This document shows positions 59,221 through 60,083 of a stretch of 60,083 bases of DNA, piece by piece (the first letter of the stretch is position 1; each line of letters starts with the position of its first letter). Under the pieces are notes generated by a model. That model was not told where the DNA came from, did no database searches, and was given only the letters and a program-made list of their open reading frames with translations. The translations under genes and the position numbers were made by a program. The DNA is from an uncultured Planctomycetales bacterium (lineage in GTDB: Bacteria > Omnitrophota > Gorgyraeia > Zapsychrales > Zapsychraceae), in contig CAZHWM010000012.1 in NCBI GenBank assembly GCA_964535935.1, positions 131,232-191,314 on the forward strand, in the 5' to 3' direction.

Positions 59221-60083
59221 CGCAACTTTGACAGTTGGAGGTTAAAAAAAGACTATTTATCGACGAGAGAGGATGCACCACAGGCAGACGGGACACTACA
59301 TTTGCTATCTCTATTGTAAAACAATATCCTTGGCGGTACTTCATTAAAACTCACATCTGCATCAATAGCTTTTATCTTCTTTTTTAACGTTATCTTTAAT
59401 ATTAACGCTAAAAAACAAATAAAAACATGTGCCTTTATTCGTTCTTCTTTGTAATGATAGATAGGTGATGTCTCTAATTCGCTCTTTAGATCCCTAAACC
59501 CTGCTTCTATTTGCCATAGCCCCTTGTAATGCAGCGCAACTTCCTGACTGCTGAGGGCAGTGTTTGTTATCAACACCCAGTATCCATCATATTGGCCTTT
59601 TTCGTGTAATTTCTCCTCATTAAGATATACTTTTATCTTCAAATTCTATATATTTCTTATACCCATTTTTTATCATCCAGTCTTTGGCTGTTCTGCTAGA
59701 TATCTTTTTGTTTAAGTGATGTTTAAACGCTATCCGCTTATGGTGTCTGTTTGCTGCTTCTTCTGGGTTGTAACAAATTATGTATCTGCCTTCGCCTTCT
59801 TTCTCCACTTCTTTTACATATAAATTATCCCTAACTTCCCACATGTCTTTTGGATTTAGCAGTTCTTTGCGCCTCTGTTTGTCAAATTGTCTCATTCTTA
59901 CTCCCAATATATATTCCTGCTTCAGTTCATTTAGGCGTTCTATGTTTTTCTTTGATATCATTCCTCGGTCTGCCACCCATATGATTTTGCCTATGGTGTA
60001 TTTGCTCTTTATCTTTTCTACAATCTTCTCAAAACTGTTTACATCCGCTTCGTTGCCTTTTATTATCTCACAGGCTATTGGAT
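59221..60083 (-). mobile_element. IS1634-family insertion sequence, 3' part (runs off the window), decayed
   Basis: Transposase motifs PIACEIIKGNEAD, VADRGM, CYNPEEA, YDGYWVLITN, YKGLWQIEAGFRDLKS, PIYHYKEERIKAHVFICFLA. CGCAACTTTGACAG at 59221 resembles IS1634-type ends as recalled (unverified). Confidence 0.85.
59253..60083 (-). pseudogene. IS1634 transposase pseudogene (frameshift at ~59620-59642; probable in-frame deletion at 59336/59337)
   Basis: Frame 1 is open from the window edge to ...FEDKSIS* (59620); frame 2 resumes with LNEEKL...; SFNEV joins directly to the terminal-type PPRIL motif. Confidence 0.8.

Noticed and set aside
59253-59976. Two separate genes, or a programmed frameshift, in the IS
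   Set aside because: Both pieces are consecutive parts of one IS1634 transposase; the required shift is +1/-2, I see no canonical slippery heptamer, and this family is not known to me to use programmed frameshifting.

Overview
AT-rich bacterial chromosomal backbone. The gene order and fusions resemble Candidatus Omnitrophota (PVC superphylum), but that assignment is inference. Fifty CDS and 7 tRNAs run without interruption on the minus strand (75-55848), followed by three plus-strand genes (PPi-type pfk, ArnT-like GT, rpmB) and a decayed IS1634-family element cut by the window edge. Content: (1) a lipid A/core LPS cluster (waaA, lpxK, an LpxL::ELM1/GtrOC1 fusion, a GT4::GT9 fusion, GT4, two GT9); (2) xerC-topA-dprA-aroK-pilD-aroE; (3) leuA-methyltransferase-ilvC-ahcY-metK; (4) a PTS-Ntr-like cluster; (5) tRNA Lys-Leu-Gly and rpsB-tsf-pyrH-frr; (6) an accessory run from 37133 to 31196 (lipoprotein, coiled-coil membrane protein, thermonuclease, hybrid histidine kinase, orphan CheD, basic-tailed membrane protein); (7) valS with an MNT-HEPN pair coupled to it; (8) the aspartate-pathway cluster hom-thrC-coaB-apgM-lysC-cimA; (9) two PilZ genes, gpsA, tRNA-Pro and tRNA Thr-Tyr-Gly. 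Strongest candidate for an undescribed system: the hybrid kinase carries five Gln-Gln pairs at exact heptad spacing that match the chemoreceptor methylation/deamidation consensus, and its gene overlaps an intact CheD deamidase with no chemoreceptor or other che gene in the window. This suggests CheD-mediated deamidation of a non-chemotaxis kinase; it is a hypothesis and untested. A small REP-like palindrome family (3 units at 2 loci) is also present. No searches could be run; family calls rest on motif recognition.
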